From Camelus dromedarius (taxonomy: Eukaryota), in NCBI RefSeq assembly GCF_036321535.1, contig NC_087436.1:101744001-101808000 (forward strand): a DNA stretch of 64,000 nt, in the 5' to 3' direction. Under the pieces are notes generated by a model. That model was not told where the DNA came from, did not search any database, and was given only the letters and a program-made list of their open reading frames with translations. This document shows positions 50,860-62,559 of this stretch, piece by piece (the first letter of the stretch is position 1; each line of letters begins with the position of its first letter). A program made the translations under genes and the position numbers.

Positions 50860-51890
50860 ATTTAAATAGCAGCTCTGTAAAATATCTCCAATTGTCCCAA
50901 ATTTCTAACTCTATTCTAGTCTCCCTTCATATTTTCAGCAGATTTCTCCTTATTTACTAAAATTGACACCTACATTTGAAACTGTATACCTTTATTAAGG
51001 TATTTTTTTCATTTTTGTTAAAAATAACCCTTCATCTGTAACTTTGAAACTTAGTCTTCCAAATACTAGGCACCTTGCCCAATCAGTTATCTCTTCTAAC
51101 TGACATCTTGTATCTCTCTCCCTCTTCATCTATATTAGTCACTCCTACAGGACTTAGAATAGATACTGCCAATGGTATTTAAGACAACAAAAATGTTTGT
51201 CCTAGACCCTACCAACTTGCTGCAATCTTTTTTTTTTCTTTTTCTTTTCTTGCCAAATTTTCTGGATGATAATCTTTGTGTCCTCTCCCTGATCATGCTC
51301 TCATTACCTGATCACTTTGGTGTTCTTTTCACATCATCTGAGCAAAACTGCTTTTTTTGAAAAATAAGTCCCTCAGCATTTTCTAAGGCTTCACCTATCC
51401 TGAAAGCATGTACGATTAAAACTACTGAGAACCTCGCTCCAAATTATAAATTTTCCTGGCACTTCACCTGTCCTTGACTTCTCAGCCTAAGTAGTCTAGT
51501 TTGTGTTACTCCGTGGCACTGATCATTTTCTTTCTTCAAGAGTTCTTCCTATTTCTCCAACTGTGACTCAGTGGAAAGTATTGGTTCAAAATTTTGTTCT
51601 GCTTTTGGGTAACTTTCCCCCACTTTTCTTTTTCTAGGCAGATCAATGCTCTCATGATTTTAAGTGTACGTGCTAAAGAGATCATGTCCAAGTTCATATC
51701 TTCAGCTCTAATATCTTACATGTGTCATGTGCTTCTTTGAAGCATTTTAAGCCCCATGTACCTCAAATAAAAATATCTTCTTTCACCTTTGCTGTGTGAC
51801 TTTTTTCTTGTGGAATTTTCTTGATCACCAAGTTTTCCATTTGGTTCCCACCACTTCCTCTCTCTTTTCCTTGCTATTTTCATTCAATAA
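50860..51890 (+). mobile_element. Degraded L2
   Basis: Pyrimidine-rich L2-like text 'tactaggcaccttgcccaatcagttatctc', 'gtccttgacttctcagc', 'ccaagttcatatcttcagctc'. Confidence 0.5.
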
Positions 51891-53305
51891 GCCCTAAATT
51901 CTTACACAATTCTTACACAAAACTCATGTGCAATGTAAATATATATATATAATAGAAATATGTATTATATAAACAAAAGCTTTCATGTATTTATATATGT
52001 GTATATGAGAGCTTTTATTTATCCAAATTGGATCTTTACTTTTATAATTTTGAAGAGAGGTCTAATTGGAGAATGTATAAATAATAAAAATGGAGTTGAT
52101 TACAAGAATGTCAGTAGAGAAACGATACAGAAATTGAGTTCTTCTAGTTATTTGATGACGTTTCAGGAAAATTTGTAATTTGGAGCAAGGTTCTCAGTAG
52201 TTTTAATTTTAATTTCCCTGAAAACTATCACTCAAAACTTTTCTTGACAACAAAATCCTTTGAAACATTATGCTGTGGGCTCAAATTTCTTGTTTTGTAT
52301 GTGCTAGCCTGTAATTGAAATACAAGTGTGTATCTTTATTAAGACAATTGCATTTAATTTTTTTCTGCTTATTTTTTCAATGATTGATCAACAACATCTT
52401 TGCACTATGTCACTTAGTAATTGCATCCTGTGATAAATGGCTCCCTCAGATTTCAAATGTATTGGTTTTATCTCTCCAAAGAGCTTAATACTTTTGTCAA
52501 AACAGTCATAAAGTATAGTAAAGCCCTGGACACATTGTAAGTATTAACAGAAGAATTGGTTTACTGGCAGTTTTCTGAAAACATTTCTTTGGTTGAAAGA
52601 TCTAGGAAAAGTAGTCTCAAGATTTAATTTACATAATACCTTTATTATATTTTTAATTGTGAGGGAAAGTAGAATTAATGGTGTAAAGACATTAGGTCAC
52701 ATGACTGACAAGTACAAATATAAAAGTATAAGGAGGATAAAAACTTAATAACAGTTACTATAAAACTATAAACATTTGCTCAAATCTCATGAAAGAAACA
52801 AAAACAAAAAAATATTATCACTTAACAGCTGGTAGTCTTGTAATATAAATACTTGATTACTTCAATATCCAAGAGGTATTTGCTGAATATCTATTTTGTG
52901 CAGCCACTGCACTAGTCACTATGAAATAATCTAAAGATAAATAAGAAAATACCACAAACCAATGTTTATAATCAAGATTAGGAAGCCATATGTACAATGC
53001 ATATTAAAATTATAATAAAATGACTTCAAGTATATTTAAAATATTCAACTTTATTATCTCTAGGAAAAATATTTTAAGGGAAATATGCAAAAACATGAAT
53101 TGATGTTTAAAAAATAATTCATTATTTAATATATATAAAATAAATAATTTTTTGAACATATGAACTACATATATCTACAGAATGGTGCTTTTGAAAGTCA
53201 CAGTAAATTCCCCTATTTAATGAATTGGGGAAGCATCCATGGTACCCTACTAAATAAAGGAGCAGATTAGAAAACAGTAGCACAAAATTCTAGTCCAACT
53301 GCAAA

Positions 53306-53439
53306 TATATAGAAGTTTTGTGTGTGTGTGCATGTGTGTGTATAGAAGTGTGTGTGTGTGTGTATATATAGAAGTTTGTGTGTGTGTGTATATAGAAGTT
53401 GTGTGTGCGTATATAGAAGTTGTGTGTGTGTGTGTGTGT
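53306..53439. repeat. Compound minisatellite: 5 x [tatagaagt + (TG)n]
   Basis: 'tatagaagt' at 53308, 53341, 53367, 53391 and 53412, each followed by a TG run of different length. Confidence 0.95.
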
Positions 53440-53851
53440 CTTAGTATGTTTGGGCTACTCTAACAAAATCCCACAGACTGACTGGGTGGCTTAAACATCA
53501 GATATTTTTGTCCCACAATTCTGGAAGCTGAGAACAGAAGTCCAAGATCAAAGCGCCAGCTAATTAAATTTCTGGTAAGGGCTCTCTTTGTGGCTTGTAG
53601 ACAACCTACTTCTCCCTATGTCTTCACATAGTTGAGAAACAGATAGACAGACAGACAAGGAGACAGACAGAGTGAAATAGAGAGAGAAACAAGTTCTCTG
53701 GTCTCTTATAAGGGTATACAAGGACCCTACCCTCATGACCTGATCAAAACCTAATTACTTCCCAAACACCCCACCCCAAATACTGTCACCTTGGGAATTA
53801 GGGCTTAAACATATCAATTTGGGTGGGTGGGGGCATGATACAGACCTGGCA
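53436..53851 (-). mobile_element. MaLR MLT1A-like LTR
   Basis: 'tgtcttagtatgtttgggctactctaacaaaatcccacagactg...gggtggcttaaac...aagtccaagatcaa...ctcttataaggg...accctcatgacct...acctaattacttccca...ttagggcttaaacatat'. Confidence 0.85.
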
Positions 53852-55459
53852 GTGTGCATGTGTGTGTATGCATGCCAGTTGGGAACTTCTCATATGTTCC
53901 TCAGAACTTCTAGTTTGTAAAGGTCATGTTGGCCTTTAAAATTTAGTTAAAATTGGCTCAGACTCACCTCACCATCTCACATGATTTAATAATCATTCTT
54001 CCTAACGCCTCTGGAGAATCCTGAAAGTGCTCACTTCTTACCTGGTCCTGCTGCTCCTGTCAGCTCCTCCGACTCTCCATTTCCATCTCTGTATGTGAAG
54101 CATCTGTTAACCATGTTTTCCCCCTCTCATCCTCAGATGAGCTCATCATCCTCCATCAACCCCAAAGAACCAATTAAATAAGTTTGTGTGGGCTAAATGC
54201 TATGAAAATCTGGCACAATGGGGAGATGGTAGTACACAGCAGAGCACAGAGTACAGCTTAATACTGAGTCTTGCTCTTCCTCACTCTTCAAAGTCACTTG
54301 GGAACTGAGTCCTGGTAGTGAGTGTATCTCCTTCTTAACCCCCATTTGGAGTACTGGCTTCTCACCAGCTTGAACGATTCCCTTCTCCCCTTTCTCTTGG
54401 CTGACAATCTAAAAAGCCAAAACTTCCCCACATTTTTTTATGCAGAGAAATTCAGCTTTCTCAAGTTCTCTACTACAAACTAAGGCTTATCTTTCTAAAT
54501 ATCCCAGAGTGTATTCATGCTTCTCACATTCTCCGGCATTTAGCGGCAAAAAAGAAACATTGGCATTTCATTTATGTCTATATCATGGGGCACCCCAATT
54601 TAGAGTCAGAGTTTCTTCATTCTAAAGGGAACAACGCTACCTTTATTTTCTGTATCACTGTTGAAAGAAAACAAGCAAGTGCAACAAAAAAGAGAAAGAG
54701 AATGAGATTTTTTTGATAGCATTTATTTTACTTTCCACTGTACAAAATATATATAAGAAAATAAAATATGTGGCAATGCACAAAAAAGTCAGCCATGATG
54801 ATGTGATTGAGGGTGATTTTGCTTACCTGAATTACTTTTTATGTATGAATGAATATTGTAGGCTATAGCCAGTGGTAAAAAAAAGGGGTGAGATATGGAA
54901 CATAAAACTGCAAACTTTTCATAGAATATCAAAAAAACTAGCATTCATAGTTTTTTCTTCCACAAATTTAGACTAGAATTCAACTTTTCACTCCTCACAG
55001 AAAATCTGGTTTTCAATGCCAGGCTTTATCAAGTTCCTCCTTATCTTGGGCTATCTTTCTGTCCATTAATATGATTCAAGCAATTTTGTTTTCTAAGGAA
55101 AACAAAGCATTGGGAAAAACAAAATCAGTAAATAATACTATTTATTTAAGATACAGGACTACCCAGAGAATATCTCTTACTGTATCATCGATGGTCTACT
55201 GAAAACCTAGGCTTTGAAACCACACATATTACAAAGATTAAGTGCTTGACGTTTTTGACCTCAGTAAAACTTTCAAATCTTTTAAAATATACAATTATTT
55301 TTAAAAACAATTCTTGGCTCTTTCTTAAGTTACAAATAAGCTCAAACTATCTCTGAAACCCAAGGTAATTAGTTGTTTCTTTTCCTGGTCTACCTCTTTG
55401 AATCATTAAGTCAATTTTCAGTTATAAGACTTTTTTTTTTTTTTTTTTTTTTACTATTT

Positions 55460-55585
55460 CAGTCTGTCTCTCAGATGGTTTGTTCCTTGAGCGGAGGGGC
55501 CATGTCTAAGAAACTTTTGTGTTCTTGTTGTTGTCATAGTGCCTGAATCAAGGTAAATGTTGCATATATGTTTACTGAATGAATG
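55460..55585 (+). mobile_element. L2 3' terminus
   Basis: 'gttccttgagcggaggggccatgtct...catagtgcctga...tatgtttactgaatgaatg'. Confidence 0.55.
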
Positions 55586-57404
55586 CAGAAGTGCATGAGT
55601 CCACTCATTGTCCATTGCAGAAAATGATTTTTTTCACCCTAATGTTGGTTGGTAATGGGCAGATAGTTGGGGAATTTCTTCCAACTCTTCCCTTAATTTC
55701 CAAGTCTCTCATGTTCTGCTGTGAAAAATAAATAGTTCAGTGATTACCCTTTCAATTTGATGAATGTTAGCAAAATTCTTGATTATTCAAAGCAAAAAAA
55801 GTATCTGCCAGAAATTTCCTGAATTATTATATCAATTCTTGATTAACTTTGTAAATATTCATTAACCTTGGAGAAAAAAAATATAAAGTTTTGGTGTATC
55901 AGTTCAGTTGGGTTTTGAATAATAACTATTGCTCACAAATATCTTCCCAGAGATGACTTTTATAGGAGCTAAATATAACTGTGAGAGAAAAATAGAAGAC
56001 ATTGCTGCATAATCTCAATCATGAGCCAGCTGCCATTGTGCTGAAACCGAGTCTCAGATACTTTCAAAAATCATCTATCTTTGTATCCCTTTCACTATGA
56101 AAGAAACTGGTGAAACTCTGTTGAATAATGATCATACAGAAGAGTTGAAATGTTTTAATTAATATTGGATAGCATTACTACTGAGTGTTTTGCAAAACTG
56201 CAGGTGAGACCATGGTATGAATAGGTCAACTGTACCATTCTGGAAGAATTTCACCTGTTCAGTGGTCTGATAAAAGTCCAAAACTCAGTCAGCATTAAAA
56301 CGCACAAACAATTCTTGAATACATGAAGCACTGTGAGAGAAAATGGCTTTGAATTGATTACCGGTCCAAGAATAGTAATTGCACAGGGTTTGCTTCATTG
56401 ATGATGAGTCTATCATAGTATTTCCATAAATGATTGATAGCATTTTATTTAAAAATCTTTTAGGCTAACAATTCCAGGTACTCTACTCTGAAAAATCAAA
56501 ACAATGCATAATTTTCAGGTTTATGTTATAAATGAGATCTCTAGGTATAGACAGTTATCTGCTACATAGGTTATTTACTCCTATAATCATAAAAAATACA
56601 AAATTATAAATATAAATAATCATATATTTATGCTTTAGTAAGAATTTGAATGTAGAAAAAATGTGTTGTATAATTGTATAATTATATTGTTGTATAATTT
56701 AGTTTGTAGCAGGCTCTAAAATTTACTTGGAAAAATGCCCATTATTACAAGATCTCTTTACATATATACTATTACCACTATTTTCTAAATAAGAAAGTAA
56801 AAACATAGAGATTCAAATAAGCCTTGCTATCTGTAAGGAGAGATTGGCATTTTATCCAGTCCTTTATTTTCAAATCAAGTCAAAGTGTGTGTGGGTTTGT
56901 GTGTTTGTGTTTGTGTTTGTGTGTTTGATGAAATCATGAATTGATGTATTTATTCAACCAAATATATACACTATGCTGCTTCTAAAGCCCTCTCCTAGGA
57001 GTTTCAAAACATTTTCTTATTTTAGTGGATCTCACTTTCTAGTTTGTACTTGTATAAATAAACCAATAAATGTTAACCTTGTGATCGATACAAATATAGG
57101 TATGTTTGTATGGACATTAAAAATTTTGCTATGTTTTACTGTTGGCTCATTTTTTTGGTGACATTATGTACTAACCTGTGAATACTGCTTGGTTTTAGGG
57201 AGTTAAATTAAGACAGAAGACAAACAGAGGAAGCTTTATAAAAAATATTTCATATCCTTCTATACTATTTAAATTTATTTATTGTAGGAAAACATTTAAA
57301 GAAATTTTAAAAAGATCTATGCAAAATCATATTCAAATAAAATTAAAGAAAAATTGTTGGTGCTCAAAGCAGTCAAGGAAGTTCTTATCAAAGGATAGTA
57401 GGTG

Positions 57405-57590
57405 AGAAACAAGTTCTTACTGTATAGCACAGGGAACTATATTCAACATCATGTGGTAATTTATGGTGAAAAAAACATGGAAACAAATACATGTATGTTC
57501 ATGTATGATTGAAACATTATGCTGTACACCAGTTATTGACACAACATTGTAAACTGACTCTACTACCAATAAAAATATATATACAAAAAA
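57405..57590 (+). mobile_element. Short artiodactyl-type L1 3' end
   Basis: 'aaacaagttcttactgtatagcacagggaactatattcaa...acaacattgtaaactgact...caataaaaatatatatacaaaaaa'; TSD-like 57391-57404 / 57591-57604. Confidence 0.9.
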
Positions 57591-57600
57591 AAAGATATTA

Positions 57601-57831
57601 GGTGGGAATGTAGTTTGGTATGGCCATTGTAGAAAACAGCTTGGAGATTCCTTAAAAAACTGAAAATAGATTTATACTGTGATCCAGCAATCCCACCCTT
57701 GGGCATATATCCAGAGGAAACTCTAATTCAAAAAGATACATGCACCCCAATTTTCATAGCAGCACTATTTACAATGGTCAAGACATAGAAAAAACCTGAA
57801 TGTCCGACAGATGACTGGAAAAAAAAGTTGT

Positions 57832-57909
<78 letters not shown>

Positions 57910-58352
57910 CACACAATGGAATACTACTCAGCCATAAAAATGAATAAAATAATGCGATTTGCAGCAACATGGATGGACCTGGAGATCATCATACAAAGTG
58001 AAGTAAGCTAGAAAGAGAAAGAAAATTACCATATGATGTCACTTATATGTGGAATCTAAAAAAAAAAAAATAAAGACACAAATGAACTCAGTTAAAAAAC
58101 AGAGACAGACTTACAAATAGAAAACAAGCTTATGGTTACCAGGGAAAAAAGGGTTGGGGATGGATGAATTGGGAGTTTGACAAACAACAGTTCCTACTGT
58201 ATAGCATAAGGAACTATGTTCAATAATTTGTAACAGCCTATAATGAAAAAGAATATGAAAAGGAATATATATACATGTATAAATGAATCACTATGTTATA
58301 CACCAGAAATAAACACAACATTGTAAATAGACTATACTTCAGTAAAAAAAAA
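57601..58352 (+). mobile_element. 5'-truncated artiodactyl-type L1 with an internal (TA)32 expansion
   Basis: Colinear with 22200-22910 ('gggaatgtagtttggt', 'gatccagcaatccca', 'ttgcagcaacatggatggacctggag'); ORF text [20 protein letters not shown]. Confidence 0.95.
57834..57909. repeat. (TA)32 GT (AT)4 microsatellite inside L1
   Basis: Read directly. Confidence 0.97.
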
Positions 58353-58759
58353 GAAAGTAGAATTTTCAAATTTGAGTTGGTGGAATTGGGAATGGTAAAA
58401 TGTGGGAAGGACATTCTGAACAGAGTAAACAACATTCACTAGTCATAAACCCCGTCAGGAGAAGTACCAGGAATCATTAATTTTGCTTTACCAGCATTAT
58501 AAATGATGCCTTTCATATATTATGAGCTCAATCATTTTCTTCTACAAATGAAATAATGCTTTATTAAATTATTCTTCATTGGTTGTAATATTTTTTGCAT
58601 TTTAAAATTAAAGGTAAGCATCAAATAAAAGTAAACTCTGATGTAGCACTGGACTATAATAACAGACACACACCAGTCTGAGGCCTCATCAGTCAATGGG
58701 AAAGGAGAGCCCACGAGTGATTCACAGAGGTTCATAGCACACAGAGCTTCCAGGGCACC

Positions 58760-59005
58760 CCAGTGTGTTGAAGTTTGGTGACCAGAGCCACACTGCTGTG
58801 TATGAATCTCAGCTCTTTCCTCATTAGCTACGTTATGTTTGGGCAATTTAATCTCTGTACTTCAGCTTCCTCATCAGTAAATTTGGGTTAATTAAAATAG
58901 CATCAATTTCTTGGGTTCTTATGAGTATTAAATGTGTTAATATGCAAAAGGCATTAACAGCAGCTTCAGGTACCTAGTAAGCCCTAAGGAAACTTTCTCT
59001 ATTAT
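58760..59005 (+). mobile_element. MIR SINE
   Basis: 'tgaatctcagctctttcctcattagctacgttatgtttgggcaatttaatctctgtacttcagcttcctcatcagtaaa...atgagtattaaatgtgttaatatgcaaa'. Confidence 0.78.
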
Positions 59006-60459
59006 GACTACTAAAACCGACAGACTCATTGTCCTTCTCCATGTAATTAAATTCAGAAGCTCAGTTCTAGTTTGTTATATATTGTTACTTCAATTCTCGT
59101 TTAATATATGTTATTTTTATAGTTTCTATATTTTAACATAGACATGAAATTATTCCATTGCTAGTCTTTATGGAATAAAGCAAATTTGTCCAACACACAG
59201 CCATTCACGGATGTGAAGGTACATCCTGATTCCATTAATAAATATATCCAAAGACAAAATTAAATTCAGTTTAAATTATGTTATTATCTTATTTTAAAAA
59301 GTTTGAAGATGCATAAAATTGTGCGGTTGTTCTTTGGAGATAAACAGAAATTCTATTCTGCTTTCAGAAAAACAAAGGACAATTTATTTTTATTCTAATA
59401 TTTATTGTTTTTGGACTTTTCCTAAGACTTATAATGTTAATAACCTATTTTTGTCTGTGACGTCCTTCAAAATGCCTCAAGTATCCAGGAGATTTTTCTA
59501 ATATATTTTGGAAGTACTTGAAATGTTTTCCTGTGAGTGTGTAGCAGGAGGGGTAGGAGGGATCTTGTTTCATAAAAGGGAATTTTTGTTCTCTGTCTTA
59601 TAGTCAGGAATTAGAAATATCATAGAAACCATGTTGTCATATGGTGTTATGATGACATTGTTCATGTTTTTACCACCTTTCAAATAATTTTGATTTTTTA
59701 CTGGATTGAGAACTATGAAAATCCCTAAATATACTAGATAAGCCATTTACATGCACACCATTTCATTAAACTATAATATTTGTGGTGGATACTAAATGAC
59801 ACAACATTCAGATGAGTGCTCATTATTTGAATGTTCTATACGATAGCTCTCATTGCACTTAGCTCATTGTACTAAGTTACGTTTTTCACATAAATGTTTT
59901 ATTTGTTAGGTTTCTACTGCATTACAGAGAACAGAATTGATAACTCCCGGAATTATGGACTGTACTATTTTTACATTTCCATTGCAGAATAATTATGTCC
60001 ATTTTTCTTCCTTCAGTTTTTAAAATAAAAAAGAAGACCTACTTTAAAATAATTACCTACAATTTTGACTTGGCAAAGATGTCAAAGCTTATTTCCTTCC
60101 TTGCAGTTCTTCTTGTGGTGTTCTGGATTAAAACTAAAATGTTTTGATGTGATATCTACTGTTACTGCATTTCATGTCTAGGATGATATAATTATGAAAA
60201 ATTAAGCTTAGGGAAGGCAAAAAAAAAAAAAAAAAAAGGCCTGAATTTATTTCTTAAGATTCTCTATTTTAGAAAAAAATAGAGAAAGATAATCTTTTTT
60301 TTTCCCATTGCCTAAAAGGAGCTGTTCATTAATTATACCGGTTTCTCAGTCAAGTTCCAGAGGGTTACCACAAACTTTTTTAGTGTAATTATAAAAATTA
60401 CTCAAACTGCTGCTTTAACATTGCATGTATTATAATAAATAATCTGGTATAATTTATTT

Positions 60460-60715
60460 CTTTTTAAATTTGAGATATAATTGACATATAACATTGTTTT
60501 AGTTTTGAGTGTCCAGCGTAATATTTGATTTATGTATGTATTAACAAATAATTCACTACAACAAATTTAGTTAACATTCATCACCCCACATAGTTACAAA
60601 TTGTTTTCTTGTTAGGAGAAATGTTAACATGTACTCTCTTAGCAACTTTCTAATAAACAATACGGTATTGCTAACTCTAGTCACCAAGATGTACATTACA
60701 TCCCCCAGGATTTAT
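60460..60715 (-). mobile_element. L1 3' end (L1MA9-like)
   Basis: 'ttgagatataattgacatataacattg...ttagttaacattcatcaccccacatagttac...tactctcttagcaactttc...agtcaccaagatgtacattacatcccc'. Confidence 0.8.
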
Positions 60716-62559
60716 CCTTACTTTCTATCTTAATATGCAGATCTCCTGCTTAATATTTGGCATTATGGACTAACAAGTTGATTTGAAAGATATTTTTGAT
60801 AAATATGGTTGGCAAAAATCAACACCTGTGTCATTTTGGCCAATATGTGGTCAAAGTCACGGACCTAGTGTTCAAAACTAAAATGAAATACGTAGAAAAA
60901 TGTTCTGGAAAGTTTTCAGATCTTGAACCTCTAGAACACACACTCCAAGAAATTTAAATGTTCACATTCCTATGTCCACTTAAAAGTGGCCTTAAACCAG
61001 ATTAATTGGCAAAATATCAGGGCTGTGTCCATGACAGAATATTTAATGTTAAAACATAGAAATAATAAAAACATAGAAAGAATAATAGATTATATTGGAA
61101 ATAATTCTAAGACATTTTGAAATGTTTATTTATTTCTACTTTCTATTGGTTATATTTGAATCCTATTTAATTAGCTGTTAATTTCTCTAGAATATACTTT
61201 CTAAGTAAAGTGAAATGGAGATCTAACATTATCTTCATTTTTTATAGAGAGCTGGTTTTTCTAGCGCTAGTGGAAATTCTGTCTTTATGCTTTTAATATG
61301 TAATGTCACCTTTGTTATAATAAATTTCTGGAGAATTCTGACACTTTCTGAGGTTTATAAACTATTTCAGTATTTTGCTTAAGTTTCCACTAATGCTACT
61401 GAATCATTTGAGATATTTTAGGGTTTTTCACAGCATAGTCTGTTATTTCAAACAGCAAGTCCTCTAAATTTTCTTTTTGTCAAGTTTTTCTTGGTCATAT
61501 TCTGTTTGTCCATTTGCTTTTTAAAAGAAGTTTATCAAGTTTCTAATCACACTGAGATTTTTATTTCAAATTTAAAAAGAAGTTTTAAAATTAATTTTTG
61601 TGATAATGATTGTTTATAAAAATAAAGCATGTTATATCTCTGCACTTTCTAGTTTCATTTAATAAAAATGCATAGTTTATTAATATAATTCCCTTATGTT
61701 TATTCCTGAAGTGAATAGACCTAATTTTTTTTTTTGAATGTTCATTAATTCATAGTTTTGAAGCTTCAAACAAACAGGATTCAAGGTCCCGCCTCTTGTT
61801 ACTGAATTAGTCTTGGACTACATATTTTCTCTCCCAAATCCTTAGAAGAAAGACTCATTAATACAATTTGAGTTCTGCAACTGAAAAGGATTTCTGTGTA
61901 TTTTGAAACAAGAAGTAGTGACATAATTGATCTCAAATGCCAAAGATAATTTTCAGTGTCTTGTTAGGAACTGGGAATCCAATGGTTGAATGACACGTAT
62001 CTAGGGCAAGTGTGAAATAATGGTGGTAACAATAGCAGTGTCTTTAACAGTTCCTGTGAAGACATATTACCTTGTCTTACCTCCTTGATTTATTATTTTC
62101 TGAGTATTATCCTTCAACTTTCATAGATTCCAGAAGTAGACAAGAGGAAGAAACCCCCATGTTTTAAGGGCTGGTCAAATTGTTACAGTCTAGTAGAGAA
62201 GGTTTGCCTAACAAAGAAATTTCAGGCTATTGCAAATTTATATCGATACAATTTAAGATAATTTGTGATAAGTAGTTCTTTTGGGATAAAACTGGAGAAA
62301 AGAAAACATATTTAGATGGTTTAATTATAATGATATGATTGATTTTACTTGAGATTCAAGTTTGAACATTCCAGTAGTTGGATTTGGTTTCAACTTTTAC
62401 TCAGATGTTATTTGAGACCTGCACTCAGTGTAGGTCCATGATAGATGAACTTGAGGTAAAAGAAATATTTTCCTATAATATAGAAGACAAAATTCAAAAT
62501 CTGCAAGACAGAGGAATGCCTATACAAATGTCTTTACCTACATGGACAAAATTTAATTC

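Noticed and set aside
53306..53439. CRISPR-like repeat-spacer array
   Set aside because: The repeat is only 9 bp, the 'spacers' are TG microsatellites, and there are no cas genes.
60214..60240. Poly(A) run flanked by 'aaggc' as a tail-only retroinsertion
   Set aside because: The 5-bp repeat overlaps the A run and is too short to distinguish from slippage.
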